The notes under the pieces were generated by a model. That model worked only from the letters and a program-made list of their open reading frames with translations. It ran no database searches and was not told where the DNA came from. A DNA stretch of 59,032 bases, filler included, from Dirinaria sp. TL-2023a (Eukaryota): assembly GCA_051941275.1 (NCBI GenBank). It is 7 parts of 7 records of this genome, joined end to end, with 100 filler letters (N's around TTAATTAATTAA, not from the genome) between each part and the next. Parts side by side here need not be neighbours in the genome. Positions count along the whole stretch, not along the records: positions 25,363 to 33,706 come from JAVEBF010001195.1; positions 33,807 to 42,149 come from JAVEBF010001196.1; 5 more parts are not named here. One strand, written 5' to 3'. Of the stretch, positions 25,263 through 36,775 are shown piece by piece. Position 1 is the stretch's first letter. Each line of letters begins with the position of its first letter. The translations under genes and the position numbers were made by a program.

Positions 25263-25362
25263 NNNNNNNNNNNNNNNNNNNNNNNNNNNNNNNNNNNNNN
25301 NNNNNNTTAATTAATTAANNNNNNNNNNNNNNNNNNNNNNNNNNNNNNNNNNNNNNNNNNNN
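25263..25362. other. Artificial contig-joining linker
   Basis: N44-TTAATTAATTAA-N44. Confidence 0.98.
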
Positions 25363-25958
25363 ACGGAGAATTCTACTATATTGCGCAGCCCAACGGCCAA
25401 TGCGATTGGACGAGTCTGCCAGCTGCTGAGAATGCATGCATGAATTGCATGTAGCAAAGGTTCAGGTTTAGGAATTTATCGCTGGAAAGGATGCAATTCC
25501 CTATAGAAATCGAGCGTAATTGGATGAAGAAGTTTGGGGATGTGTATTCCATCACTTGGCAGTGTTAAATCGAACTAAAGGGGCGAAAGTTATCTCAAGT
25601 TTCCGCGTCTGTGAAGCGCATAGACGAATTCGAGCCGATCCGAACTGTTCTGGCTCTCGAATTGCCGCGAGCGGAGCGCTAGTTTAGATAATAGTCTTCA
25701 GAATGGATATGGTGAGGAGTGTCCGCTCTTCATCTCGTGTGAATAATTTGTAGTCCCTAGATCGTGAGTATGAAGCCAAATCCTACTGTAGCTGAAAATG
25801 CCTCAAGTCTGCCAATCGCAACAGGTTCTACACTATTAAACCTTCGATCCAGAGAGCGAGAGCTTGCACGGAAGAACTCCTGTCCAAGCGTCACGCTCCT
25901 ATCCTAAAGCCCCCCTTCAAACCGCAAGAACTGCATCTCTCACGTAGCTCCACGAATA

Positions 25959-26381
25959 TCACCCTCCCCCACGACGACCCTGTACACTCACAAAATCCGC
26001 ATGCGCTTCCCCCACCGCCCCTCTCCTCTCATCATTCAAATACACCAAAACAGCAACACACTCCCCCCGCTCCCAAAAGAACCGTCGTAAACCTTGCAAG
26101 ACGACCACGACATCCGACCACGTTAACTCATTGCAGAAGATTCCCCCCGTGATCCCGAATTCCAGGTTTTGAGCTGCAGGGGTAGATATTTTGAAGACGT
26201 CCCCTACGAGGGAGGCTTGGTTGCAGGAATTGGCTTCGGATAAGGCACTGGAGAGGCAGGTATCTATGAGGGCAGAGTCGATGGGTTGTGATTGTTTGAG
26301 GATGAGAGTTAGGGTGATTGTTGAGGGGGGGAGAGGGTATTGGAGAGTCTCACGGAGGGCGGAAGGAGGGAGGGTGGTCAT
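25959..26381 (-). CDS. Small hypothetical alpha/beta protein (140 aa)
   Basis: ATG-initiated ORF with an alternating strand/helix pattern (YPLPPSTITLTL ... LTWSDVVVVLQGLRRFF ... GAVGEA). An upstream exon cannot be excluded. Confidence 0.6.
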   Translation of the reverse strand: MTTLPPSALRETLQYPLPPSTITLTLILKQSQPIDSALIDTCLSSALSEANSCNQASLVGDVFKISTPAAQNLEFGITGGIFCNELTWSDVVVVLQGLRRFFWERGECVAVLVYLNDERRGAVGEAHADFVSVQGRRGGG

Positions 26382-28588
26382 TGGCGCTTAATTTTATGTT
26401 TGAATAGCGAGGATGACTGTCAAGAGAGGCAAGAGTAAGTTGTATAGGAGACATCTGCAAAATTCTCAAATGTACATAGTGGACGTGGGGCGATACAAGA
26501 ATCCAGATCTGGTGGTAAGTCCTGGCTAGCATGATGTACGCCAAGACTAGTTGCTCCAGGTGGTTCCAGGCGAGTTTGAAAGGAGTTCAACCGCCTGGTC
26601 AGTACCAGAATTGGGGTTGCTTGGACCAAATTAGTGCCGCTGACCGCGCTAGTCGGGACCTAAGGCGTCCCCCTTAAATTACGGGGGTAAGGTACCTACT
26701 AAGGTATCTATGCCTATTGCCTACAGAGCTACTAAAATAGCCTAGCTGAGCCGGTAGGCTAAGGCTCCCGGGATGTTCTGCATAAGATCCTGACTGATCT
26801 TCCCCCTTCCCGACACTACCTATCGAAACCTAGAGGGTAAGGTACCTTAGAGCTGGATCTGACACTCTCCTAGCCTCCCGTCGGCTTGAAGAATAGCAAG
26901 GAACCCTACCTTAGCATCTTGGCACCAGTTGCACAACTGCCACAACACTCCCAAATCTCAACTCCTTTTCCTCTCTCATGTTCTCCATAGCCAGCTATAC
27001 ATCGGTTTCCAACTTCTTGTTGAAAGTCTCCTTTTCTCAACCGCTAGCAAGCATGGCCTGATATAAATAGTCAAGATTGTGTTGCGAATGTGCGATTACA
27101 CAAGAATGCTACGATAAAAGATGTTCAAATTACGTCACTGTACGTTCTTCAAAATTGATGTGACAACAGATTTTGAACTTTCTCATCCTGAACATCTCAC
27201 AGATTTTGAAACGTGAACAAAGTGAACTGATCAGAGAGCTTCGAATTCGTTCAACATACAGTATCGGGATGAAGTGCTTCGAGCAAGAAGAAGGGTCTTG
27301 AAGACTCGTTCGTTGGCGACAGCGACAATGCGGACTCCACATCCGATGATGCAGGATCCCATCTCTTCTACGGGAGAAGCATCGGCGGAACAGGACAAAG
27401 TCACAAGGTATGCCTCACCCACTAGTGTCCGCCTCTTCAGCCAGTATGAGGGCTTCGGTGTGGGACCCACTCACGCTGTAAACCGCTTTTCTATCTTCCT
27501 CTTCGATATGGTTGCCGGTCACTCGAGCAAACCTAAAGCAGAGACACTCCATAAACGTATTCATAGAGTCGGCTGTGATTAATTTCGACCCCTCGTCAAT
27601 TCTTTCATTGTTAACGGAGGCGATGAACTGAAGGAAATCTTAATCGTCGCGAGGTCGAGAGAAGAGAAGCCAGCCCTTCACAAAGACTCTGTGCTCGTGT
27701 GGTTTGAGAGAGATCGACTTCGTGCTGCTTATCGAAAGACACTTTGCTCGTGTTACGCGCTCGTTCTTAGATGAGAGCTACCCATCTGCTCGACGGAGTC
27801 AGCGACAAGAACGGGAAGCGGACTGAGTATATCGTTTTCTCACCTCTCATAGCGCTTCAGAGCACAGTTCTGATCTTTGAGAATCTTGGATACGTAAATT
27901 GCAGTGTTCCTCTTGCTATCCTCAACCCAGTGGGCTCCTAGCTTGTAGCCTTTGACGACGACTTTTTCTCACTTGTCGTCCGATCGTGACTCGGGAAGCG
28001 TCCACCGGAGCTCTTAGCGCGAAGGGTGAAGGAAGGGAATGGATGAAGCCTTGATCACAGACATGTAAGTTGAAAACAGAAGACTGGAGAAATTGCCCCT
28101 CTTTATGGCTCACAACGGCCATTTCTAGAGGCCACCTGAAGTTGGCGAGGCAAGGCGAGTCTGATTCTTTGTGTGGACATGGGGTTCCGGGTGCTGAGTG
28201 AGCAGAAGAGCAGGATGGGTATTGTGGGAAGAGCCACTTTTGACTTACCTTGATGTGATGGACTTGCTCCATCTGCATTTGCAAGTGAACAATAGAAAAG
28301 ATCGAACTCAAAAACCACTGAAGACAACGATATACAGGGAAGAGGAGATGAAAGCAGTGTGCTGAAATGCAATACAGATGGAATATAATTTTCTGCTAAT
28401 TTCTCTCTTTCCTCGCCACGGCTGATCAGATTTCCTCGTCCAAGGGATGGTGCAATAGTCAACGCCGTGACACGCCATACCAACCGGCATGGAAAATACA
28501 ACTAGAATGTGGCGTTAGCAAGGCTGCGCACCCATGCCCGGACATACAGTTGCAGATGCTGAGACTTTGACCAAAGCTCTTTGCTTTA

Positions 28589-30667
28589 TCAAGGCAACAT
28601 CCCAGAGCTGCTGCCTCCCGTATTACCGTCCTTCGACCTAATACTCTCTGAGAAACTGTCTCTCGTCCTTAATAACCTTGCAACATCTTCTGCATCTGCT
28701 CCCTCCTCCTCAACTTTGGGCACAATCACAGCCGGTAACTCCACGCCGTACTCTAGCAACAGCTCAATCACACGTGGCCTCTCCATCGCAACAGCAGCCT
28801 GAATCGGATTCATGAGATACCTGACCTGATCGTCACTGCTCACCCCACCCTCGTGTAATCTTTTCGATATGAGAGCCGCGCTCCTACGGATCTTGGTGCA
28901 GACTCTGAAGCGTCTTTCAAAAGCTGATGCATGGTCAGCGAGCACTGCCAGAAGGCAAAAATTACGATTTGGGATGAGAGCTATCGTACCTTCCTTGTTC
29001 ATGCAACGACATCTACCGAATTGTCCGTTGTGGATTTTTACCCATTTCTCATCGATTTTCGCACGCAAAGTGGCCTCGCTACCTGGGTGTTCATCCGAGG
29101 GATCATACTCTCGAGATTTAATCCAGATTGCTGTCTTTTCACCAAATAGATCTACGGTAGGTACTTTCCGTTCCTCATAATACGTAAAGTTCAGCTCATG
29201 AATCCTCATTGTCATGTCCCACTCCATATCGAGATTTGCTCCGTGCTCTAACAAGACTTTTACCACAGCGAACCCTTCTTCATGGCTATTGTGCAAATTC
29301 CAAATAGCCGCCATGAGCGCGGTGCCGAACATCCCTCCCTGCACGTTCGGATCCGCACCATGGCTAAGGAGCAATTCCACAGCGCTCAGATTGCCTCGGT
29401 AGGCGGCCATCTGTAGAGGTGTATGGACTTCTCCCAGCCAGATTTTGCCTCCCGCAGTATTAGGGTTTGCGCCCATATCCAGCAAGAAACGTACTGTTTC
29501 CTCATTCGCATGATCGCAAGCAGCTTGCAATGGACAACCATAATGTTCTTCATTCTCTGTTGGATGATCTACGTCTGCACTTGCATCTAGGAGAGCTTTC
29601 AGAGTTTCCACGCGACCTCCTTGCGCAGCTGACTCCATCGCGACTTCGAGCTTCCATCCTGGTTTCCCGAGCTTGGTTCGGTCTTGGAGGAACATCTCTA
29701 TCCACTCTCGAGAATGACCACGATGGACAGCAAGATAGAAGGGCGACTGCTCGCGGCCATACTCGTATTTTCCAGTTGGCTCATCGTAGTCTTCAGAAAC
29801 ATCCCCACCTCCTTGGAGCAAGCGAGCTGCGATATCAAAGTGCTCCTGATGAGTCGCCATATACAGAGCCGTAGCTCCGCCTAAGCCCCTTTCATTGACG
29901 GCATCACCTTGCATGAGAAGCGCTTCGACGATGAAATCAAGGTTCAAAGCGGAAGCCCATGCGATGGGAGGCGCGTGATCCGTGGGTCGTTTTTCTAGAT
30001 AGGACGTTATGGTCGAAAGGTAGTTATTACTCGTAATGTTAGGATATAGGCTTTGGCTTTGAGAGAGAAGGTCTATCCATCGGTAAAATAGTCGTCGATC
30101 GCCAGCAAAGAGTTTTCTGATCGCATCAGCGCAGCGTGGCGAGAGATCTGTGATGTCGATGAACTCGGACCAAAAGAGGGCCGCGAAGGGGGCAAGGGAT
30201 GATGCTTCTGCAGTGACCTCGCTCTCGCCGGTTAAAATTAGTAGGCAGTCATACGCTACGATTTCCCTACCCTTCCCTCTCGAGAATGCAAAATTACAAG
30301 CTGGTCCTTGTGCGCATGCATCGGAAAGAAGATACTCTCGAACGCCTTCGAGGAATCTTAAGCTGATGATTTTTTCCGTGTCACCAAGACAACGGTCGCG
30401 GCAAACCTCTCCAGGCTCTGCAACCCCAGCGAGCAACTCGATCACCTCGTGTGGCGGAAGTGATTGGCTTTCCAATGGGTTGGAGCCTGACAAAGGGATC
30501 AAGGTCGTCTCTGCAAGCTGGGCGAGGGTAAACGGCTGTCGCTGCCAGTCTGGACGATCCTTGAATGGTTCGTCGACGAAAGCCAGCCATTGAAGGAGTC
30601 GATAAGTTTGTTCATGGCTGTAAGTCGGGATCCGGAGAAGGCGTTCCTCTAATGGGGACGGATCCAT
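28589..30667 (-). CDS. Ankyrin-repeat protein with NLR-type winged-helix/helical region at the N-terminus; intronless
   Basis: RLLQWLAF...PFTLAQLAE and GVREYLLS...YDCLLIL...LAPFAALFW resemble the post-NACHT region of fungal NLRs. Ankyrin repeats follow: ATALYMA, SPFYLAV, AMESAA, CPLQAAC, TPLQMAA, TALMAAI, NPIQAAV. Confidence 0.85.
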   Translation of the reverse strand: MDPSPLEERLLRIPTYSHEQTYRLLQWLAFVDEPFKDRPDWQRQPFTLAQLAETTLIPLSGSNPLESQSLPPHEVIELLAGVAEPGEVCRDRCLGDTEKIISLRFLEGVREYLLSDACAQGPACNFAFSRGKGREIVAYDCLLILTGESEVTAEASSLAPFAALFWSEFIDITDLSPRCADAIRKLFAGDRRLFYRWIDLLSQSQSLYPNITSNNYLSTITSYLEKRPTDHAPPIAWASALNLDFIVEALLMQGDAVNERGLGGATALYMATHQEHFDIAARLLQGGGDVSEDYDEPTGKYEYGREQSPFYLAVHRGHSREWIEMFLQDRTKLGKPGWKLEVAMESAAQGGRVETLKALLDASADVDHPTENEEHYGCPLQAACDHANEETVRFLLDMGANPNTAGGKIWLGEVHTPLQMAAYRGNLSAVELLLSHGADPNVQGGMFGTALMAAIWNLHNSHEEGFAVVKVLLEHGANLDMEWDMTMRIHELNFTYYEERKVPTVDLFGEKTAIWIKSREYDPSDEHPGSEATLRAKIDEKWVKIHNGQFGRCRCMNKEGTIALIPNRNFCLLAVLADHASAFERRFRVCTKIRRSAALISKRLHEGGVSSDDQVRYLMNPIQAAVAMERPRVIELLLEYGVELPAVIVPKVEEEGADAEDVARLLRTRDSFSESIRSKDGNTGGSSSGMLP

Positions 30668-31542
30668 CTCTACTGCGGGTTCGTCTATTTTATTCTTCAG
30701 CAATCTTCAGACTTCTAGTATACTCTTCCGTCTAATTGACTTTAGATGTATTTGTTTCAGGCGAAGGATTTCAGTCTGTTGGACCATGCAGTATTCCTTC
30801 GGAGACGTAAGATAGCTGCCTGAGAGCGATACTATAGTGAATCCTACGGAGCTCGACGCCATAAGTCCTGGCTAGCATGGTTAGTGCGGTCAGCTGGAGA
30901 TAGCCCAGGGCGCCAGCTAGCATTATCACTCAGACACAGCTATTTGCTGTCGATGAGATGCCCCAAGCTTCCCTGAAGCTGCCTAGACAGCGCTGATCTT
31001 GGCTTGCATGACGCCAGCCGGGACTTTTGGCGTTCAGCTCCGCACTGCAGCCTAAAGTGAGTGGCCCCTCGTTTCGGCGATAGGCCGCCTTACTCTTCTC
31101 CATGATGCTCAGCCTCCAGCTCTTCAGACCTCGATCTCCCATGATTGTGATGCAGTCTCCGGCAGCTATTTTATCATCTGTAAAGAAGGGATTTTCCCAC
31201 CACACAAGCAACTCTGCGACAAGATACGCGACGTCATCAGATAGCAGGCCTCACAGAGATCCGAAGCAAAGTCTCAAAGAGATGATAGGCAAGGCACAAA
31301 GACGTTCTTTCGAACCGAAGTCTCTCAGTGTGAGATAAGTTACAGAGATGATGCAGATTCAGACAGACCCCTTGGACAAGGTGTTTGAGCCGGCCTAACC
31401 TCTTCAAACATAGTGTCACTCGTAGCGCCTTGGCATATGATGATTGTCCCACAAGTGTCCGCTTGAGAACGTTCTTTCACTAAGGTAGTATCCCCAAGAC
31501 TATCACAATATCGCTGATGATGAACCATGTGGAGGAAGTATT

Positions 31543-31649
31543 CAGTTTCTTACTGACTTGACCTCAATATGCCCTGGTCTAATCACGCTTGAAAAGCAGC
31601 AACAGCCACGAAAACCCACTAGCGATATGCATATCCACGGTAATTCCTA
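31543..31649 (+). repeat. Diverged direct repeat, copy A (partner at 33317-33432)
   Basis: cagtttcttactgact...ggtctaatca...gaaaagcagc...caacagccacgaaaacccactagcgatatgcatatccacggtaa aligns with copy B. Confidence 0.75.
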
Positions 31650-32336
31650 GTAATTGAGTTCCGAACGCCCAAAGGGATCGCGATGTGCCAATCCTCCATT
31701 CAGGCTCTTCTTCTCGGTCTCCCTCTTTGTTTTGGCTTTGAGCAGTTTCAACTCCTCGATCTCTCTCGCTAAGATTGCTTTGGACAACCTCAATTCTGCA
31801 ATCTCGAGCTCCCTCCCTAATCTTGCTTTGTAGAATACCAGGTCCTCCATCTCTTTCTCTTAGTGGACCTTTTTCAGCTTCAACTTTTCACTTTCGGCCT
31901 TCTGCCCAAGCTCACATGAATTGCTTGAATTAGTGCTTGTGCTGAGGTCACTAGTGATCGCCGCTGCCACCTTCTCCTCGCTCTTTGCCTATGGCACACT
32001 TGTTAGGCTGGCTACTAGCAGATACAGGGAACTTTTTCTTACAGCCTTGCTGCTCTCCTCGACTCCGCTTAGCGTATCAGCAGGCCGGTCGGGCGTGGGC
32101 AGCCCGCTAACGCTGTGTCCATAATCCATCTCCTGCCAGAATTCTTAAGATTAATCTCTTTCCAATTAATGATGTCCTCGGACTGCGTTCTTGCTCACCT
32201 GCTTGTTGATTTCTCTGTACCCTCCAATATTATATTTGATAGTTGCACCGCTGTACTGCAAGCTTATGTTGAGGTAAGAAGGATTGAGGCAATTGTCGAG
32301 TTACTGGGGTAGACGGTGTCGCAGATGAACCGTGTC
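31647..32336 (-). pseudogene. Degraded multi-exon gene ending in a coiled-coil segment, with in-frame stops
   Basis: The frame DTVHLRHRLPQ*LDNCLN...YREINKQ / intron GTGAGC..GGCAG / EMDYGHS...SVP*AKSEE...KKVH*EKEMEDLVFYKARL...NY* has stops at 32301-32303, 31989-31991 and 31860-31862. The 5' end is not defined. Confidence 0.5.
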
Positions 32337-33316
32337 GCTGTAAGGATCACAAAATCAGCTACGAAAAGCCTAAGGCTAAATTCTTTCGGAAGGTTGGACT
32401 GCAAATCAACAACGCGTGGAAACGGGGATCCTATGGAGGCCACATATGCTCCTAGCATTTTCCTAGCTATGTAACAATGCGCATTCTGTCTATGGCGTTG
32501 AAGAATCTGACAGACGCAGCCAGGCTCTAAGAATCCTCTAATCGTCAATACGTGATCCCTTCTTGGTGCAAATTTTTTGGATATGACCTCGTCAAGCGTT
32601 CAAGAACACGCTTAACGATGTTCTAATGATCTGGCAAATCCGATATCAATCTCTCTGATATCTTCCCACTCGGTTTACACTATTCTGTACCTTCTTCTGT
32701 ACTTCCCATGAGTCATGATACCTTACTCTGCTCAATCCCCAGTCCTGTTAGCTATCCAGTCTCAAGCTACTAGCGAGTCATGTCAGTGTTACGCCGCAGA
32801 TAAAGCTAGCAGAATGCCCGCTGATCAATTAGTTTGGATTTCATTCAATACGGAAATTAATCTGTCTGCTCATCGACATTTCCATCACTTATGATCGAGT
32901 TCCTGGCCGCCCAACTTACAGTACGAAAACGTGTGGGCGAGACTCGAATAATCGACCACTCTTCCCTGTGTTCCTTTGTATTTCATCATCATATCTCTTG
33001 TGGGCGATACGACATTGCTGCCATGGAGAAAGTGCACTCAAACAGCGCCATTCTTTTTTCTCAGCCCAATGATTCGCGACTCTAGAAGCGTTGATATGGC
33101 GCAGTTGATTTGATAGCTCATTCGCAATCATATGCAAGTCTCCAATTTATCACAAACTCCTCTCCTAGATCAAATTCATAGTTTGAAAGCCTCACTTCAC
33201 AGTCCAAAGCCAACCCCCAAGCAACTCTACTACGAGATACGGGACATCATAGGATCTCAATTATTACGCTTCGCTGTGTTAGTTGGTAGAGGAGCATGAG
33301 AAAAGCTAGTTCGGAA

Positions 33317-33432
33317 CAGCTTCTTGACTGACTAGATTCATGTACTAGTCTAATCATTCTCTGAAAGCAGCAAAGGTAAGTACAACAGCCACGGAAACCC
33401 ATTGGCGAGATGCATGCCCATGGTAAGCCCTA
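33317..33432 (+). repeat. Diverged direct repeat, copy B
   Basis: cagcttcttgactgact...agtctaatca...gaaagcagc...caacagccacggaaacccattggcgagatgcatgcccatggtaa. Confidence 0.75.
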
Positions 33433-33706
33433 AGGTAGCAAGCAGGGTGGGACCCCAACGCCTGAAGAAATAGCCACTTGCCAGTATTTGAGGTGATATA
33501 TTCTCTTCTATCATCTCGGTGGCAATCCAAACACCCTAACTTAGATACATTATATTATTTCTTGAAGGCAGATATCTTTGAATCCCTTCATCGCTTTTGT
33601 TTTTTTTTTTTTTTTTTTTTTTTCCTTCTTATTTCTTTTTTTGACTCGTTATGTGGAAGGAATCGTATTTTGAGATTGCACACACACGCGCGCGTGCGTG
33701 TCTCTT

Positions 33707-33806
33707 NNNNNNNNNNNNNNNNNNNNNNNNNNNNNNNNNNNNNNNNNNNNTTAATTAATTAANNNNNNNNNNNNNNNNNNNNNNNNNNNNNNNNNNNNNN
33801 NNNNNN
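33707..33806. other. Artificial contig-joining linker
   Basis: N44-TTAATTAATTAA-N44. Confidence 0.98.

Positions 33807-33807
<1 letters not shown>

Positions 33808-33853
<46 letters not shown>
33808..33853 (+). repeat. Poly-A homopolymer at contig start
   Basis: About 46 consecutive A residues. Other long T tracts occur at about 145-169, 4626-4646, 33600-33622 and 50547-50577. Confidence 0.9.
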
Positions 33854-33855
<2 letters not shown>

Positions 33856-34542
33856 AAACGGCGCTCCATTATCACTCAGCATATCCCAATTTTCCCTCAG
33901 TCACACCTCCAACATATCCACAACCCCCAACGAAAAAGCAACAAACCCCCCAACCCCTTCTTTCGGAAGCACACAGCGGGCAGTATGAGAAAATCCTCAA
34001 TTCGCCCATCTTCTTTGCGTTTTCAATTGACCACTGTTGCAATAACCATAATCTGCATCCATTCCAAAAGATCAATGGCTGCTGTATACCGGGACGTTCT
34101 TGCGGAGTGGTTATTGCTAGGATTTTTCGCACAACGAACGGGGTGGGCTGCTTGATCCAGGCCGAGAGTTGAGCGATGGATCGTCGGCTACGGGTACTTG
34201 ATTAGGTGGCGGAGATGTATGGATATTCCAGAGATGAGGGACGTGCGCTGCTTTGGAATTACCTCTCTCTACTAAAAAGGAAGAAAAGAAAAAGAGAAAA
34301 AAAGAGAAAAGAAAATGAGGACCAGGGCTCTGGATGACTTGGCTTCCTGTGAATATTTAAACATTACTCCAATATGATGAAGGAGTTTTCTCCTATACCG
34401 GCACGCAATTATGTGACATAAAGAGAAAGAAGGGAAAAAATAAAAAAGAACTATGCTACGAGACACAAAATAAGACTCCGTGCTTTTAGCCAGCCCATGC
34501 ACCTCTACATCCCCCGGTCTATGGCGCAAAAAAAAGCCACCA

Positions 34543-36354
34543 CTACACCCAGCCGACCCGTCGTCCAATCCAGCTGACCCCGCCAAGGGTAGCACTAATA
34601 CCGGTGAAAACAATCAAACCACCATAACCGGTACCATACCCCAACCCGGCCTCCCCAGCCCAGGGTCTGTCTTTCAGCAACGCCTCGCTCAGCGGTCCCG
34701 AAGCCACACTCCCGATCCCTCTCCCCGCAGAAAGCAGGCCGAACACGAGACCGGCTTCGCTGCCCGTCTCATGCTTCTGCACTTCTCGGATGACGCCTGT
34801 ATACGTGGAGGTGAAGCCGCCCGCGAAAAGCCCGTAGGCGAGCGCAAAGATACACAGCAGCGGCATTGATACCGCCAGGCCCCAGAACAGGAAGACGGAT
34901 AATGTGGCGCCGACGGTGGAGATGAGGATCACGGTCGTGACATGCAGCCGATCGACCAAGCTCCCCATCAGGACCTGGCCAAACACGGAGGTCGTGTTGA
35001 AAAGCATGATCGTCAGCGTCCCGGCGATAGATGGCAAGCCCAGGGAACGGGCGTACGTCGGCAACCAGGTGTTCGGGATGAAGAAGCCCAAGCTTTCGAA
35101 GATGTTCCCGGCTTCCAGGGCCCAGAAGGCGGGGAGGCGGAGGAATTTCAGGTCGAGCTGGCGCGGCCGCGAGGACATCGAGAGCGGGATGCGTGGCTTT
35201 AGGTAGAGCAGAAAAGGCGCGGCCAGGATGACCAGGGCGATTGCCCAGGCCCGCAGCATCGTTGAGTAGCCGTACTTGTTCAAGCCCCCTGGTTGGTTTA
35301 CCTTTGTTAACTTTCTGTTCGAGGGCAAGCAAGCTTGCAATTGGTCATTGAAAGGAGTCTTACAGTTCATGATCAGAGGCACGCAAATCCCACCGACACC
35401 TGTACCGGCCTAGTTGATTAAGATTAATATCCATGAGCCATTGAGCTAGAGAAGAGAAAGAGAGGGAGAGATGTTACGCACCCACATAATGCCATAAGCG
35501 AATCCTTTCCTTCTTACAAACCATTCATCCAGGAACGTTATCGTCGGCGCATACAAGAGCATGCCGCCCACAGCGTAAAGCACGCCTTGGGTGAGGATTA
35601 ATTGCCACACGCGGGTCGAGAACGAAGAGATGATCAATGCCAGCGCAGTAATGGAGAGTCCAGACGGCGCATAGTAAAGCCGGTACTTAGGCCAACGCTG
35701 GAGGGCAAGAAATATGAATGGGAGCCCTAGATACATGATACCCTATTTTTGTGTGGGAAAAGTCGGTTGTTAGTGTTGGGTATTCCAATTTGGGGGTTTT
35801 GGACAAGGGATCTAGGAGTTCTTATATACCATTGTCGAGCTTCCGATGATGGCAATCCCGGACGGCTCGCTTGCAAAGGGCTCGTGCGAGGCGTAGTATT
35901 CTTGGAATATACCGAATGAAAAGGGGAAGCCTGTGCAGTTGATTTTAGCTCGTGGATTGCAAAGCAAACAGATAGCAAAAATGAGTCGTGATTTCGATAA
36001 TCGTGGCCGATTGACATTGAACACATCTGGGTCTCAATGGCTGGCGACCAGAATGGCTAGGATTTTCAAGAAGAGTCTTCCTATGCGCAAATGCCAGCCG
36101 GCAAATTGTTTGGTGTGAAGAGCATGCATAGATTTAGGAGAGATGGAGCATGGCTCACCCCATAGCAGCGCCTCAATGGAAAAGCTGCCTGCTAAAAACA
36201 GCCATGCCTCCTTGCCTCCATCAACCGGTGGCAGAGAGAATTCGAATCCGTGATTTTCATTGTGTTCATTATCGGTCCCTCCGTCGACCGAGAGGGTTGC
36301 TGAGCGCGTAGGATGGGTGGCGAGTTCAATCTGACTGTCATTGCCCAGAGACAT
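34543..36354 (-). CDS. MFS monocarboxylate transporter (MCH/MCT-like); multi-exon
   Basis: Motifs LPPVDGGKEAWLFL, GFPFSFGIFQEYY, QLILTQGVLYAVGG, FLDEWFVRRKGFAYGIMW, SLGFFIPNTWLPTYA and AGRGIGSVASGPLS. Confidence 0.92.
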
Positions 36355-36775
36355 TGTTCGCAGATGGAGAAGAAGTATTGAAAATGCCCGGGATTGAAAT
36401 ATTTATACCAAAAAAATCAGATTCTGTGGAAGATTCTGCGCGGGCAAGTTCGCTCCTTCGGTCAGGGTGGCCCGGCTACTGACGGCTCCAGCTCCGTCAT
36501 CCACGGGATCCTCCACACCAATCACCATCCCAAGAAGCCGACAAACTCAAAATTTTCCCTCTACACATTCATCCTTGACTTTCAAGGCATGCAGATCTAT
36601 TGTGAGCTTCTCCGTCTGTCGTGGCTGAATGCGCTCTTCCGAGTGTTGTATCTCATTGCCCTGCTTGTACGCAATCGCAAGCGAGATAAGACCCTGGTGA
36701 TTTGTACACGGGCGACACTGTGACATAGCGTTGACCGGTAGGTCGAATAGGCTGCTAATCCATAAGATCGAGGCC

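Noticed and set aside
33808..33853. Poly-A tract as a retroposon tail
   Set aside because: It sits at a contig end with no associated element or target-site duplication visible. Homopolymers commonly break assemblies.
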